This document shows positions 46,701 through 57,493 of a stretch of DNA of 64,000 bases, piece by piece. Origin of the DNA: Mayamaea pseudoterrestris (taxonomy: Eukaryota); assembly GCA_027923505.1 (NCBI GenBank), contig BROI01000007.1:372001-436000 (forward strand). Direction: 5' to 3'. How positions within the stretch are numbered: position 1 is the stretch's first letter; the number at the start of each line of letters is the position of its first letter. Below the pieces are notes generated by a model. The model worked only from the letters and a program-made list of their open reading frames with translations, had not been told where the DNA came from and did no database searches. Position numbers and translations under genes: made by a program.

Positions 46701-49154
46701 GGGCTGAGACCGGTGACAAGTTGTCACCAAATACATTGCCATCCCCTGAGACACCAGTCAAGCCAACCATCTTGTAGCGCAGCCTAAATAATGATGTTGG
46801 CACCATTCTGGTGTATTTTGGGCACCTACAGGGCTTGCTGTAGGGGCATTTGAATGTCAGGGCATCTGCGGGCTGAGACTGGTGACAAGTTGTCACCAAA
46901 TACATTGCCATCCCCTGAGACACCAGTCAAGCCTACCATCTTGTAGCGCAGCCTGAATAATGATGTTGGCACCATTCTGGTGTATTTTGGTCACCTACAG
47001 GGCTTGCTGTAGGGGCATTTGAATGTCAGGGCATCTGCGGGCTGAGACTGGTGACAGGTTGTCACCAAATACATTGCCATCCCCTGAGACACCAGCCAAG
47101 CCTACCATCTTCTAGCGCAGCCCGATTAATGATGTTGGCACCATTCTGGTGTATTTTGGGCACCAACAGGGCTTGCTGTAGGGGCATTTGAATGTTGCGG
47201 CATCTGCGGGCTGAGACTGGTGACAAGTTGTCACCAAATACATTGCCATCCCCTGAGACACCAGCCAAGCCTACCATCTTGTTGCGCAGCCTGAATAATG
47301 ATGTTGGCACCATTCTGGTGTATTTTGGGCACCTACAGGGCTTGCTGTAGGGGCGTTTGAATGTCACGGCATCTGCGGGCTGAGACTGGTGACAAGTTGT
47401 CACCAAATACATTGCCATCCCCTGAGACACCAGGCAAGCCTATCATCTTGTAGCGCAGCCTGAATAATGATGTTGGCACCATTCTGGTGTATTTTGGGCA
47501 CCTACAGGGCTTGCTGTAGGGGCGTTTGAATGTCACGGCATCTGCGGGCTGAGACTGGTGACAAGTTGTCACCAAATACATTGCCATCCCCTGAGATACC
47601 AGCCAAGCCTACCATCGTGTAGCGCAGCCTGAATAATGATGTTGGCACCATTCTGGTGTATTTTGGGCACCCACAGGGCTTGCTGAAGGGGCGTTTGAAT
47701 GTCACAGCATCTGCGGGCTGAGACTGGTGACAAGTTGTCACCAAATACATTGCCATCCCCTGAGACACCAGTCAAGCCTACCATCTTGTAGCGCAGCCTG
47801 AATAATGATGTTGTCACCATTCTGGTGTATTTTGGGCACCTACAGGGCTTGCTGTAGGGGCGTTTGAATGTCACGGCATCTGCGACTGAGTCTGGTGACA
47901 AGTTGTCACCAAATACATTGCCATCCCCTGAGACATAAGCCAAGCCTACCTTCGTGTAGCGTAGCCTGCATAATGATGTTGGCACCATTCTGGTGTAATT
48001 TGGGCACCTGCAGGGCCTGCTGTAGGGGCGTTTGAATGTCGCGGCATCTGCGGGCTGTGACTGGTGACAAGTTGTCACCAAATACATTGCCATCCCCTGA
48101 GACACCAGGCAAGCCTACCAATCTGTCGCGCAGCCTGCAAAATGATGTTGGCACCATTCTGGTGTATTTGGGCACCTACAGGGCTTGCTGTAGGGGTGTT
48201 TGAATGTCACGGCATCTGCGGGCTGAGACTGGTGACAAGTTGTCACCAAATACATTGCCATCCCCTGAGACACCAGCCAAGCCTACCATCTTGTAGCGCA
48301 GCCTGAATAATGATGTTGGCACCATTGTGGTGTATTTTGGGCACCTACAGGGCTTGCTGTAGGGGTGTTTAAATGTCAGGGCATCTGCGGGCTGAGACTG
48401 GTGACAAGTTGTCACCAAAGACATTGCCATCCCCTGAGACACAAGCCAAGCCTACCATCGTGTAGCGCTGCCTGAATAATGATGTTGGCACCATTCTGGT
48501 GTATTTTGGGCACCTACAGGGCTTGCTGTAGGGGCGTTTGAATGTCACAGCATCTGCGGGCTGAGACTGGTGACAAGTTGTCACCAAATACATTGCCATC
48601 CCCTGAGACACCAGTCAAGCCATCCATCTTGTAGCGCAGCCTGAATAATGATGTTGGCACCATTCTGGTGTATTTTGGGCACCTACAGGGCTTGCTGTAG
48701 GGGCGTTTGAATGTCGCGGCATCTGTGGGCTGAGACTGGTGACAAGTTGTCACCAAATACATTGCCATCCCCTGAGATACCAGCCAAGCCTACCATCTTG
48801 TAGCGCAGCCTGATTAATGATGTTGACAACATTCGGGTGTATTTTGGGCACCTACAGGGCTTGCTGTAGGGGCGTTTGAATGTCGCGGCATCTGCTGGCT
48901 GAGACTGGTGACAAGTTGTCACCAAATACATTGCCATCCCCTGAGACACCAGTCAAGCCTACCATCTTGTAGCTCAGCCTGAATGAGACCATTCTGGTGT
49001 ATTGCACCTACAGGGCTTGCAGCATGTCACGGCATAAGACTGGACAGAAAATTGCCATCCCGAGACACCAGCCAAGCTACCATCTTGTAGCGCATTGATC
49101 ATTCGGTGTATTTTGGGCACCTACAGGGCCTGCTGTAGGGGCGTTTGAATGTCA
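43756..49154 (+). repeat. 169-bp satellite array, left block (~32 monomers)
   Basis: Head-to-tail monomer gttggcaccattctggtgtattttgggcacctacagggcttgctgtagggg...tggtgacaagttgtcacca...; repeated ORFs offset by 169. Confidence 0.99.
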
Positions 49155-49544
49155 TATCTTCACCGGGCCCATACCTGTTGGTAGGCGTCCTATCGAGAGA
49201 TCTGACTGAGGCTGCTGGTTCGAGATCCGAAGGAATCAGGCGAAGGAAAAAAAAAAATTCACTGGTTGCACGGGTTTGTCACGAACGAACGATGGGGAGT
49301 CGCGGACCCTGGGGAGTGCACAAAGATGCGCCGAGCCCGAAACGCCGCAGGAAAAACTGAAAAGTGACATTCCCCCGCGAGACGAAAATGCCAGCTGAAA
49401 CGGAAGACGAGTTAGCACTATGACGCGCAAAGCTAGGGGAGTAGCAGGTTGCACACGAAAAACAGCAACCAGAGCGATACCTTTACTTGTCATAGTGCAT
49501 GGTGCCTTGTATGCAGCATATAGTACACTAGCAGACGGAAAAGT

Positions 49545-49603
49545 AGCAGCGTGTTTAGAGGTGATATAGCCGGTTATCCTTGGTTCGATTCCGAGGTGCG
49601 CTA
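49545..49603 (+). ncRNA. tRNA-like module (59 nt, non-canonical), copy 1
   Basis: Acceptor AGC(A)GCG/TGCGCT plus discriminator A; T-arm CCTTGG-TTCGATT-CCGAGG with perfect B box GGTTCGATTCC; short GATA/TATC arm; no proper D arm; followed by cTTTT. Confidence 0.65.
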
Positions 49604-50014
49604 CTTTTAACGGCATAGTGATACTACTTTCTGTTGCATACCTGCTATGGTAGCGTCCCTATCGAGAGATCTGGACTGAGGCTGCTGGTTCGAGTTGCGA
49701 TCGAATCAAGCGAAGAAAAAGCAAAAATTCACTGGTTGCACGGGTTTGTCACGAACGAACGATGGGGAGTCGCGGACCCTGGGGAGTGCACAAAGATGCG
49801 CCGAGCCCGAAACGCCGCAGGAAAAACTGAAAAGTGACATTCCCCCGCGAGACGAAAATGCCAGCTGAAACGGAAGACGAGTTAGCACTATGACGCGCAA
49901 AGCTAGGGGAGTAGCAGGTTGCACACGAAAAACAGCAACCAGAGCGATACCTTTACTTGTCATAGTGCATGGTGCCTTGTATGCAGCATATAGTACACTA
50001 GCAGACGGAAAAGT

Positions 50015-50073
50015 AGCAGCGTGTTTAGAGGTGATATAGCCGGTTATCCTTGGTTCGATTCCGAGGTGCGCTA
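50015..50073 (+). ncRNA. tRNA-like module (59 nt), copy 2
   Basis: Identical to 49545-49603. Confidence 0.65.
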
Positions 50074-50117
50074 CTTTTAACGGCATAGTGATACTACTTT
50101 CTGTTGCATACCTGCTA

Positions 50118-53100
50118 GGGCTGAGACTGGTGACAAGTTGTCACCAAATACATTGCCATCCCCTGAGACACCAGTCAAGCCAACTATCTTGTAGCGCAGC
50201 CTGAATAATGATGTTGGCACCATTCTGATGTATTTTGGGCACCTACAGGGCTTGCTGTAGGGGCGTTTGAATGTCAGGGCATCTGCGGGCTGAGACTGGT
50301 GACAAGTAGTCACCAAATACATTGCCATCCCCTGAGACACCAGCCAAGCCTACCATCTTGTAGCGCAGCCTGATTAATGATGTTGGCACCATTCTGGTGT
50401 ATTTTGGGCACCTACAGGGCTTGCTGTAGGGGCGTTTGAATGTCACGGCATCTGCGGGCTGAGACTGGTGACAAGTTGTCACCAAATACATTGCCATCCC
50501 CTGAGACACCAGCCAAGCCTACCATCTTGTAGCGCAGCCTGATTAATGATGTTGGCACCATTCTGGTGTATTTTGGGCACCTACAGGGCTTGCTGTAGGG
50601 GCGTTTGAATGTCACGGCATCTGCGGGCTGAGACTGGTGACAAGTTGTCACCAAATACATTGCCATCCCCTGAGACACCAGCCAAGCCTACCATCTTGTA
50701 GCGCAGCCTGATTAATGATGTTGGCACCATTCTGGTGTATTTTGGGCACCTACAGGGCTTGCTGTAGGGGCGTTTGAATGTCACGGCATCTGTGGGCTGA
50801 GACTGGTGACAAGTTGTCACCAAATACATTGCCATCCCCTGAGACACCAGCCAAGCCTATCATCTTGTAGCGCAGCCTGAATAATGATGTTGGCACCATT
50901 CTGGTGTAATTTGGGCACCTACAGGGCTTGCTGTAGGGGCTTTGGAATGTCACGGCATCTGCAGGCTGAGACTGGTGACAAGTTGTCACCAAATACATTG
51001 CCATCCCTTGCGATACCAGCCAAGCCTACCATCTTGTAGACCAGCATGAATAATGATGTTGGCACCATTGTGGTGTATTTTGGGCACCTACAGGGCTTGC
51101 TGTAGGGGTGTTTGAATGTCACGGCATCTGTGGGCTGAGACTGGTGACAAGTTGTCACCAAATAAATACATTGCCATCCCCTGAGACACCAGCCAAGCCT
51201 ACCATCTTGTAGCGCAGCCTGAATAATGATGTTGGCACCATTCTGGTGTAATTTGGGCACCTACAGGGCTTGCTGTAGGGGCGTTTGAATGTCACGGCAT
51301 CTGCGGGCTGAGACTGGTGACAAGTTGTCACCAAATACATTGCCATCCCCTGAGATACCAGCCAAGCCTACCATCTTGTAGCGCAGCCTGCATAATGATG
51401 TTGGCACCATTCTGGTGTATTTTGGGCACCTACAGGGCTTGCTGTAGGGGCGTTTGAATGTCATGGCATCTGCGGGCTGAGACTGGTGACAAGTTGTCAC
51501 CAAATACATTGCCATCCCCTGAGACACCAGCCAAGCCTACCATCTTGTAGCGCAGCCTGATTAATGATGTTGGCACCATTCTGGTGTATTTTGGGCACCC
51601 ACAGGGCTTGCTGTAGGGGCGTTTGAATGTCACGGCATCTGCGGGCTGAGACTGGTGACAAGTTGTCACCAAATACATTGCCATCCCCTGAGATACCAGC
51701 CAAGCCTACCATCTTGTAGCGCAGCCTGATTAATGATGTTGACAACATTTGGGTGTATTTTGGGCACCTACAGGGCTTGCTGTAGGGGCGTTTGAATGTC
51801 ACGGCATCTGCGGGCTGAGACTGGTGACAAGTTGTCACCCAATACATTCCCATCCCCTGAGACACCAGCCAAGCCTATCATCTTGTCGCGCAGCCTGAAT
51901 AATGATGTTGGCACCATTCTGGTGTAATTTGGGCACCTACAGGGCTTGCTGTAGGGGCGTTTGAATGTCACGGCATCTGTGGGCTGAGACTGGTGACAAG
52001 TTGTCACCAAATACATTGCCATCCCCTGAGATACAAGCCAAGCCTACCATCCTGTAACGCAGCCTGCATAATGATGTTGGCACCATTCTGGTGTATTTTG
52101 GGCACCTACAGGGCTTGCTGTAGGGGTGTTTGAATGTCACAGCATCTGCGAGCTTAGATTGGTGACAAGTTGTCACCAAATACATTGCCATCCCCTGAGA
52201 TACCAGCCAAGCCTACCATCTTGTAGCGCAGCCTGCATAATGATGTTGGCACCATTCTGGTGTATTTTGGGCACCTACAGGGCTTGCTGTAGGGGCATTT
52301 GAATGTCACGGCATCTGCGGGCTGAGACTGGTGACAAGTTGTCACCAAATACATTGCCATCCCCTGAGACACCAGCCAAGCCTACCATCTTGTAGCGCAG
52401 CCTGCATAAGGATGTTGGCACCATTCTGGTGTATGTTAGGCACCTACAGGTCTTGCTGTAGGGGCATTTGAATGTCGCGGCATCTGCGGGCTGAGACTGG
52501 TGACAAGTTGTCACCAAATACATTGCCATCCCCTGAGACACCAGGCAAGCCTACCATCGTGTAGCGTAGCCTGCATAATGATGTTGGCACCATTGTGGTG
52601 TATTTTGGGCACCTACAGGGCTTGCTGTAGGGGCGTTTGAATGTCACGGCATCTGCGGGCTGAGATTGGTGACAAGTTGTCACCAAATACATTGCCATCC
52701 CCTGAGATACCAGCCAAGCCTACCATCTTGTCGCGCAGCCTGATCAATGATGTTGGCACCATTCTGGTGTATTTTGGGCACCTACAGGGCTTGCTGTAGG
52801 GGCGTTGGAATGTCACGGCATCTGCGGGCTGAGATAGGTGACAAGTTGTCACCAAATACATTGCCATTTCTTGAGATACCAGCCAAGCCTACCATCGTGT
52901 AGCGCAGCCTGAATAATGATGTTGGCACCATTCTGGTGTATTTTGGGCACCTACAGGGCTTGCTGTAGGGGCGTTTGAATGTCGCGGCATCTGCGGGCTG
53001 AGACTGGTGACAAGTTGTCACCAAATACATTGCCATCCCCTGAGACACCAGTCAAGCCTACCATCTTGTAGCGCAGCCTGAATAGGGATGTTGGCACCAT

Positions 53101-55148
53101 TCTGGTGTATTTTGAGCACCTACAGGGCTTGTTGTAGGGGCGTTTGAATGTCACGGCATCTGCGGGCTGAGATTGGTGACAAGTTTGTCACCAAATACAT
53201 TGCCATCCCCTGAGATACCAGCCAAGCCTACCATCGTGTAGCGCAGCCTGAATAATGATGTTGGCACCATTCTGGTGTATTTTGGGCACCCACAGGGCTT
53301 GCTGTAGGGGCGTTTGAATGTCACGGCATCTGCGGGCTGAGACTGGTGACAAGTTGTCACCAAATACATTGCCATCCCCTGAGACACCAGCCAAGCCTAT
53401 CATCTTGTAGCGCAGCCCTGAATAATGATGCCGGCACCATTCTGGTGTATCTTGGGCACCTACAGGGCTTGCTGTAGGGGTGTTTGAATGTCACGGCATC
53501 TGCGGGCTTAGATTGGTGACAAGTTGTCACCAAATACATTGCCATCCCCTGCCATCCCCTGAAACACCAGCCAAGACTACCATCTTGTAGACCAGCATGA
53601 ATAATGATGTTGGCACCATTCTGGTGTAATTTGGGCACCTACAGGGCTTGCTGTAGGGGTGTTTCAATGTCACGGCATCTGCGGGCTGAGATTGGTGACA
53701 AGTTGTCACCAAATACATTGCCATCCCCTGAGATACCAGCCAAGCCTACCATCGTGTAGCGCTGCCTGAATAATGATGTTGGCACCATTCTGGTGTATTT
53801 TGGGCACCCACAGGGCTTGCTGTAGGGGCGTTTGAATGTCACGGCATCTGCGGGCTGAGACTGGTGACAAGTTGTCACCAAATACATTGCCATCCCCTGC
53901 GATACAAGCCAACCCTACCATCTTGTAGCGCAGCCTGATTTATGATGTTGGCAACATTTGGGTGTATTTTGGGCACCTACAGGGCTTGCTGTAGGGGTGT
54001 TTGAATGTCACGGCATCTGCGGGCTGAGACTGGTGACAAGTTGTCACTAAATACATTGCCATCCCCTGAGACACCAGCCAAGCCTATCATCTTGTAGCAC
54101 AGCCCTGAATAATGATGCCGGCACCATTCTGGTGTATCTTGGGCACCTACAGGGCTTGCTGTAGGGGTGTTTGAATGTCACGGCATCTGCGGGCTTAGAT
54201 TGGTGACAAGTTGTCACCAAATACATTGCCATCCCCTGAGATACAAGCCAAGCCTACCATTTTGTAACGCAGCCTGCATAATGATGTTGGCACCATTCTG
54301 GTGTATTTTGGGCACCTACAGGGCTTGCTGTAGGGGTGTTTGAATGTCACAGCATCTGCGAGCTTAGATTGGTGACAAGTTGTCACCAAATACATTGCCA
54401 TCCCCTGAGATACCAGCCAAGCCTACCATCTTGTAGCGCAGCCTGCATAATGATGTTGGCACCATTCTGGTGTATTTTGGGCACCTACAGGGCTTGCTGT
54501 AGGGGCATTTGAATGTCATGGCATCTGCGGGCTAAGACTGGTGACAAGTTGTCACCAAATACATTGCCATCCCCTGAGACACCAGCCAAGCCTACCATCT
54601 TGTAGCGCAGCCTGCATAAGGATGTTGGCACCATTATGGTGTATGTTAGGCACCTACAGGTCTTGCTGTAGGGGCATATGAATGTTGCGGCATCTGCGGG
54701 CTGAGACTGGTGACAAGTTGTCACCAAATACATTGCCATCCCCTGAGACACCAGGCAAGCCTACCATCGTGTAGCGTAGCCTGAATAATGATGTTGGCTA
54801 AATTCTGGTGTATTTTGGGCACCTACAGGGCTTGCTGTAGGGGCGTTTGAATGTCACGGCATCTGCGGGCTGAGATTGGTGACAAGTTGTCACCAAATAC
54901 ATTGCCATCCCCTGAGATACCAGCCAAGCCTACCATCTTGTCGCGCAGCCTGATCAATGATGTTGGCACCATTCTGGTGTATTTTGGGCACCTACAGGGC
55001 TTGCTGTAGGGGCGTTGGAATGTCACGGCATCTGCGGGCTGAGATAGGTGACAAGTTGTCACCAAATACATTGCCATTTCTTGAGATACCAGCCAAGCCT
55101 ACCATCGTGTAGCGCAGCCTGAATAATGATGTTGGCACCATTCTGGTG
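50118..55148 (+). repeat. 169-bp satellite array, right block (~30 monomers)
   Basis: Same monomer and orientation as the left block; ends at ...gttggcaccattctggtg. Confidence 0.99.
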
Positions 55149-55269
55149 GGGGTTGCCGGAAGGTGAATCACTTGTCACAAAAGAAACTTAGGTAACTGCT
55201 GGCATATTGTAAAGTAAAGAAGATAGCTAACATATACAAACTATCAGTGTTTAGATCCATGCACATCTT

Positions 55270-56426
55270 TTACAGTAAGCGCAGCCAACCAGAGCTGCCC
55301 AAGAACGCAAAATAAAGTGACAGAGCAAGTATAAAAGCTGCAAAAGCCACATTCAACACTTGTTCAAATGCAAAACCTACTCCTCTTGCAGCTGCTCGCG
55401 CTACTTTATCTCCTTGCACTGGAGGTGGCATTGGCTGGTTGTACGGTTGAACAACCCGCACTGTTGGAGCTCTTGGCGTCTTGTACCCAGTTCGTGGCAG
55501 CTGGAGGCGTACTTTGATGCAGCGGAAAGTGCTTCCGTTATTGGTTGGCAAAACTACAATCTCAACGGCTCCTTCTGCCAATGGCTCCACCTTGCGTCCA
55601 AGGTCAATGTAGTCGCTGCTGCCGACATAGACCAATTCCTTGTCGGTGGCCCGAACTTGTTGCACAGCACGCTGGAAAGCAGCCGTCTCTGCGGAACTCA
55701 ATGCACAAGGCCCAAAGGATTCATCTGCAACGCGTTGGGCGTCAAAAAACTCATTAGGCACACGCTGCAAAACAAGCAATGAGCGCTGATCCTTGGAAAG
55801 CTGAACTTGTACGTGCTTGGGTTCAATGCCAGAGTTGGCAAGCAGCCGAACGGTCATTTCTTCGTCTCCTTTCTCATTAGTGAAAGGGCCACAAATGAGC
55901 TTGTAGAAGGTTCCATTGGTGCATGATGCTTGCTTGTGGGAAGGCTTGTAATGAGACATGATGGTACTACCAAGAATGCTGTTGATTTCTTGGCTGTCGA
56001 TTTCTTCAAACTGCGTCAATTCTTCCGTCGGGTCGCTAGCCAAGGTGTACGACTCGTCTTCTGACTCGTCTGCAGAAATGGAGAAAGTGATATGAGTGAG
56101 TGCTTGAAAATGACACTTTGCTGTTTCGCAAGTCGCGACTTACCTGGCGCACTTGGTTGAAGGTGGCCTGGAGGCAGAACTGGAGGCGGCAAAGGTTGAC
56201 GACGACCTCCTTGAGCTTGCTTGTTCGCAAGGTATTCTTGAGCAGTGCGTCGATAGTTGTTGAGCCAGTTCCGTTTCTTCACTTGGCCAAAAAGACGTTG
56301 GTGGAGACGGTAGATATTGTGAATGTAGAGCACGTCGTCAATTTTGTGTGGGTCAGCTTCGTTACGATCAAACAAGGCACAAAGATTGGCTCCCTCAACT
56401 TTGGACTGCCAGCGTCCATCAGCCAT
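55270..56426 (-). CDS. Transposon accessory protein; exons 56426-56144 and 56069-55270
   Basis: GTAAGT...TGCAG intron joins two ORFs in frame (..PSAP-D-ESEDESYTLASDP..); C-terminal hydrophobic helix. Confidence 0.7.
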
Positions 56427-56585
56427 GTCAAGCTCCAATGCGAGATGAGGCGAGCGAAATCGATCAATTTTCTTCGTCACGTTGTCCTCGTCGTCGTGCT
56501 GACCATCATGCCACCAACAAAACCTCCATGCATACAAGCATAATAGTCAAGCTTATTAAATCCAAAGCTGCTAATGCACAGCTAG

Positions 56586-57492
56586 ATGAGAGTCCCTTCA
56601 GAACATTTTGTTGACATTGGCAATGGAATAATGTCGCGTCATGGTGTCACTGGCCAGACTGACCGACGCTTCCGCTCAACATTTGGCACCACACCAGCAA
56701 TTTGCAGCATTCTTTGGGACAAACTAGATCCTGAAAGGTTTATTCACAAGAGAGCTGAACCAAAACATTTGTTATGGGGCTTGATGCTCATGAAACTCTA
56801 TCTCCCTGAGCGTGCAATAGTTTCCTTGGCTGGTGGAGTTGACGAGAAGACCTTTTCAAAGTGGAGCTGGCTTTTCATTGATCAAATCTCATTCTTGGAG
56901 ACACAAGTGGTGAGTTTGGCTGGTGAAGCTCCAAGTTGCTACTTGTTTCTTTCATTTCTCATGCTGTTATTGCCATGCTGATCCACAGATTCGTTGGGAA
57001 AACCGCCTTCAAAATGACATTGGAAATGATTGTCTGGTTTCAGTGGATGGCACTGATTTCCGCATTCAACAGTTTCAACCATTTTGGAAAGGGTGGTACT
57101 CCCATAAATTCAATGGGCCAGGTCTGCGCTGGGAAGTTGCACTCTGCATTCGTACAGGTCATATTGTGTGGCTTTCTGGTCCTTTTCCTTGTGGTGAATG
57201 GCCCGACATCAAGATTTTTCGTCAAGCTTTGAAGGGAATGCTGGGCCAAGGTGAACGTGTGGAGGCAGATGATGGATATGCTGGAGAATGTCCTCGGTTT
57301 GTGGTGGCACCAATTCGGTTTGCTGAAAGTGCTGCGCGTGTTGCCCTGACCAAGCGGGTGCGGGCAAGGCATGAAACCGTGAACAAGCGTTTTAAGCAAT
57401 GGGGCTGCTTGAAGCAAGTCTTTCGGCATGCGCCATCAAAGCAATCTTCAATGTTCCGCTCTGTTGCCGTAGTCACTCAGAGTCGAGATTGA
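56586..57492 (+). CDS. DDE_Tnp_4 (Harbinger/ISL2EU-like) transposase, 3'-disrupted; intron 56910-56988
   Basis: RRFRSTFG, PKHLLWGLMLMKLY, VSVDGTDFRI, YSHKFNGPGLRWEV, W.D..IF, EADDGY.G, RARHETVNKRFKQWG.L. Confidence 0.9.
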
Positions 57493-57493
57493 C

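Larger units (their letters stand above)
49155..50117 (+). mobile_element. Insertion of two tandem 470-bp structured non-coding units (candidate non-autonomous retroelement)
   Basis: Unrelated to the satellite; exact 470-bp period (49236 vs 49706 ORFs); interrupts one monomer between gaatgtca and gggctgag. Confidence 0.7.
55149..57493. mobile_element. PIF/Harbinger-superfamily (DDE_Tnp_4) DNA transposon, left part, truncated by a Copia insertion
   Basis: Abrupt junction with the satellite at GGGGTTGCCGGAA (candidate TIR); transposase plus a divergent second gene. Confidence 0.8.

Noticed and set aside
49545..49603. Canonical tRNA gene
   Set aside because: Only 59 nt, no D stem, bulged acceptor stem and no standard anticodon loop; kept as tRNA-like instead
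49676..49716. Hammerhead ribozyme core (ctgagg...stem...gaa)
   Set aside because: Lacks CUGANGA directly before the stem and GAAA after it
49720..49800. U1 snRNA on the minus strand (TGCACTCC and an Sm-like AATTTTTG)
   Set aside because: No ACTTACCTG 5' end and no GATCACGAAG loop; likely chance
49236..50086. Duplicated 126-aa minus-strand ORFs in the 470-bp unit
   Set aside because: No recognisable motif; antisense to a strongly structured RNA-like sequence
43786..55077. Dozens of 60-180-aa ORFs (MSQGMAMYLVTT...)
   Set aside because: By-products of a 169-bp repeat whose length is not a multiple of 3; frames shift and stop in every unit
43756..55148. CRISPR array, suggested by the palindromic repeats
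   Set aside because: The sequence between palindromes is itself repeated (no unique spacers), the period is 169 bp, there are no cas genes and the context is eukaryotic
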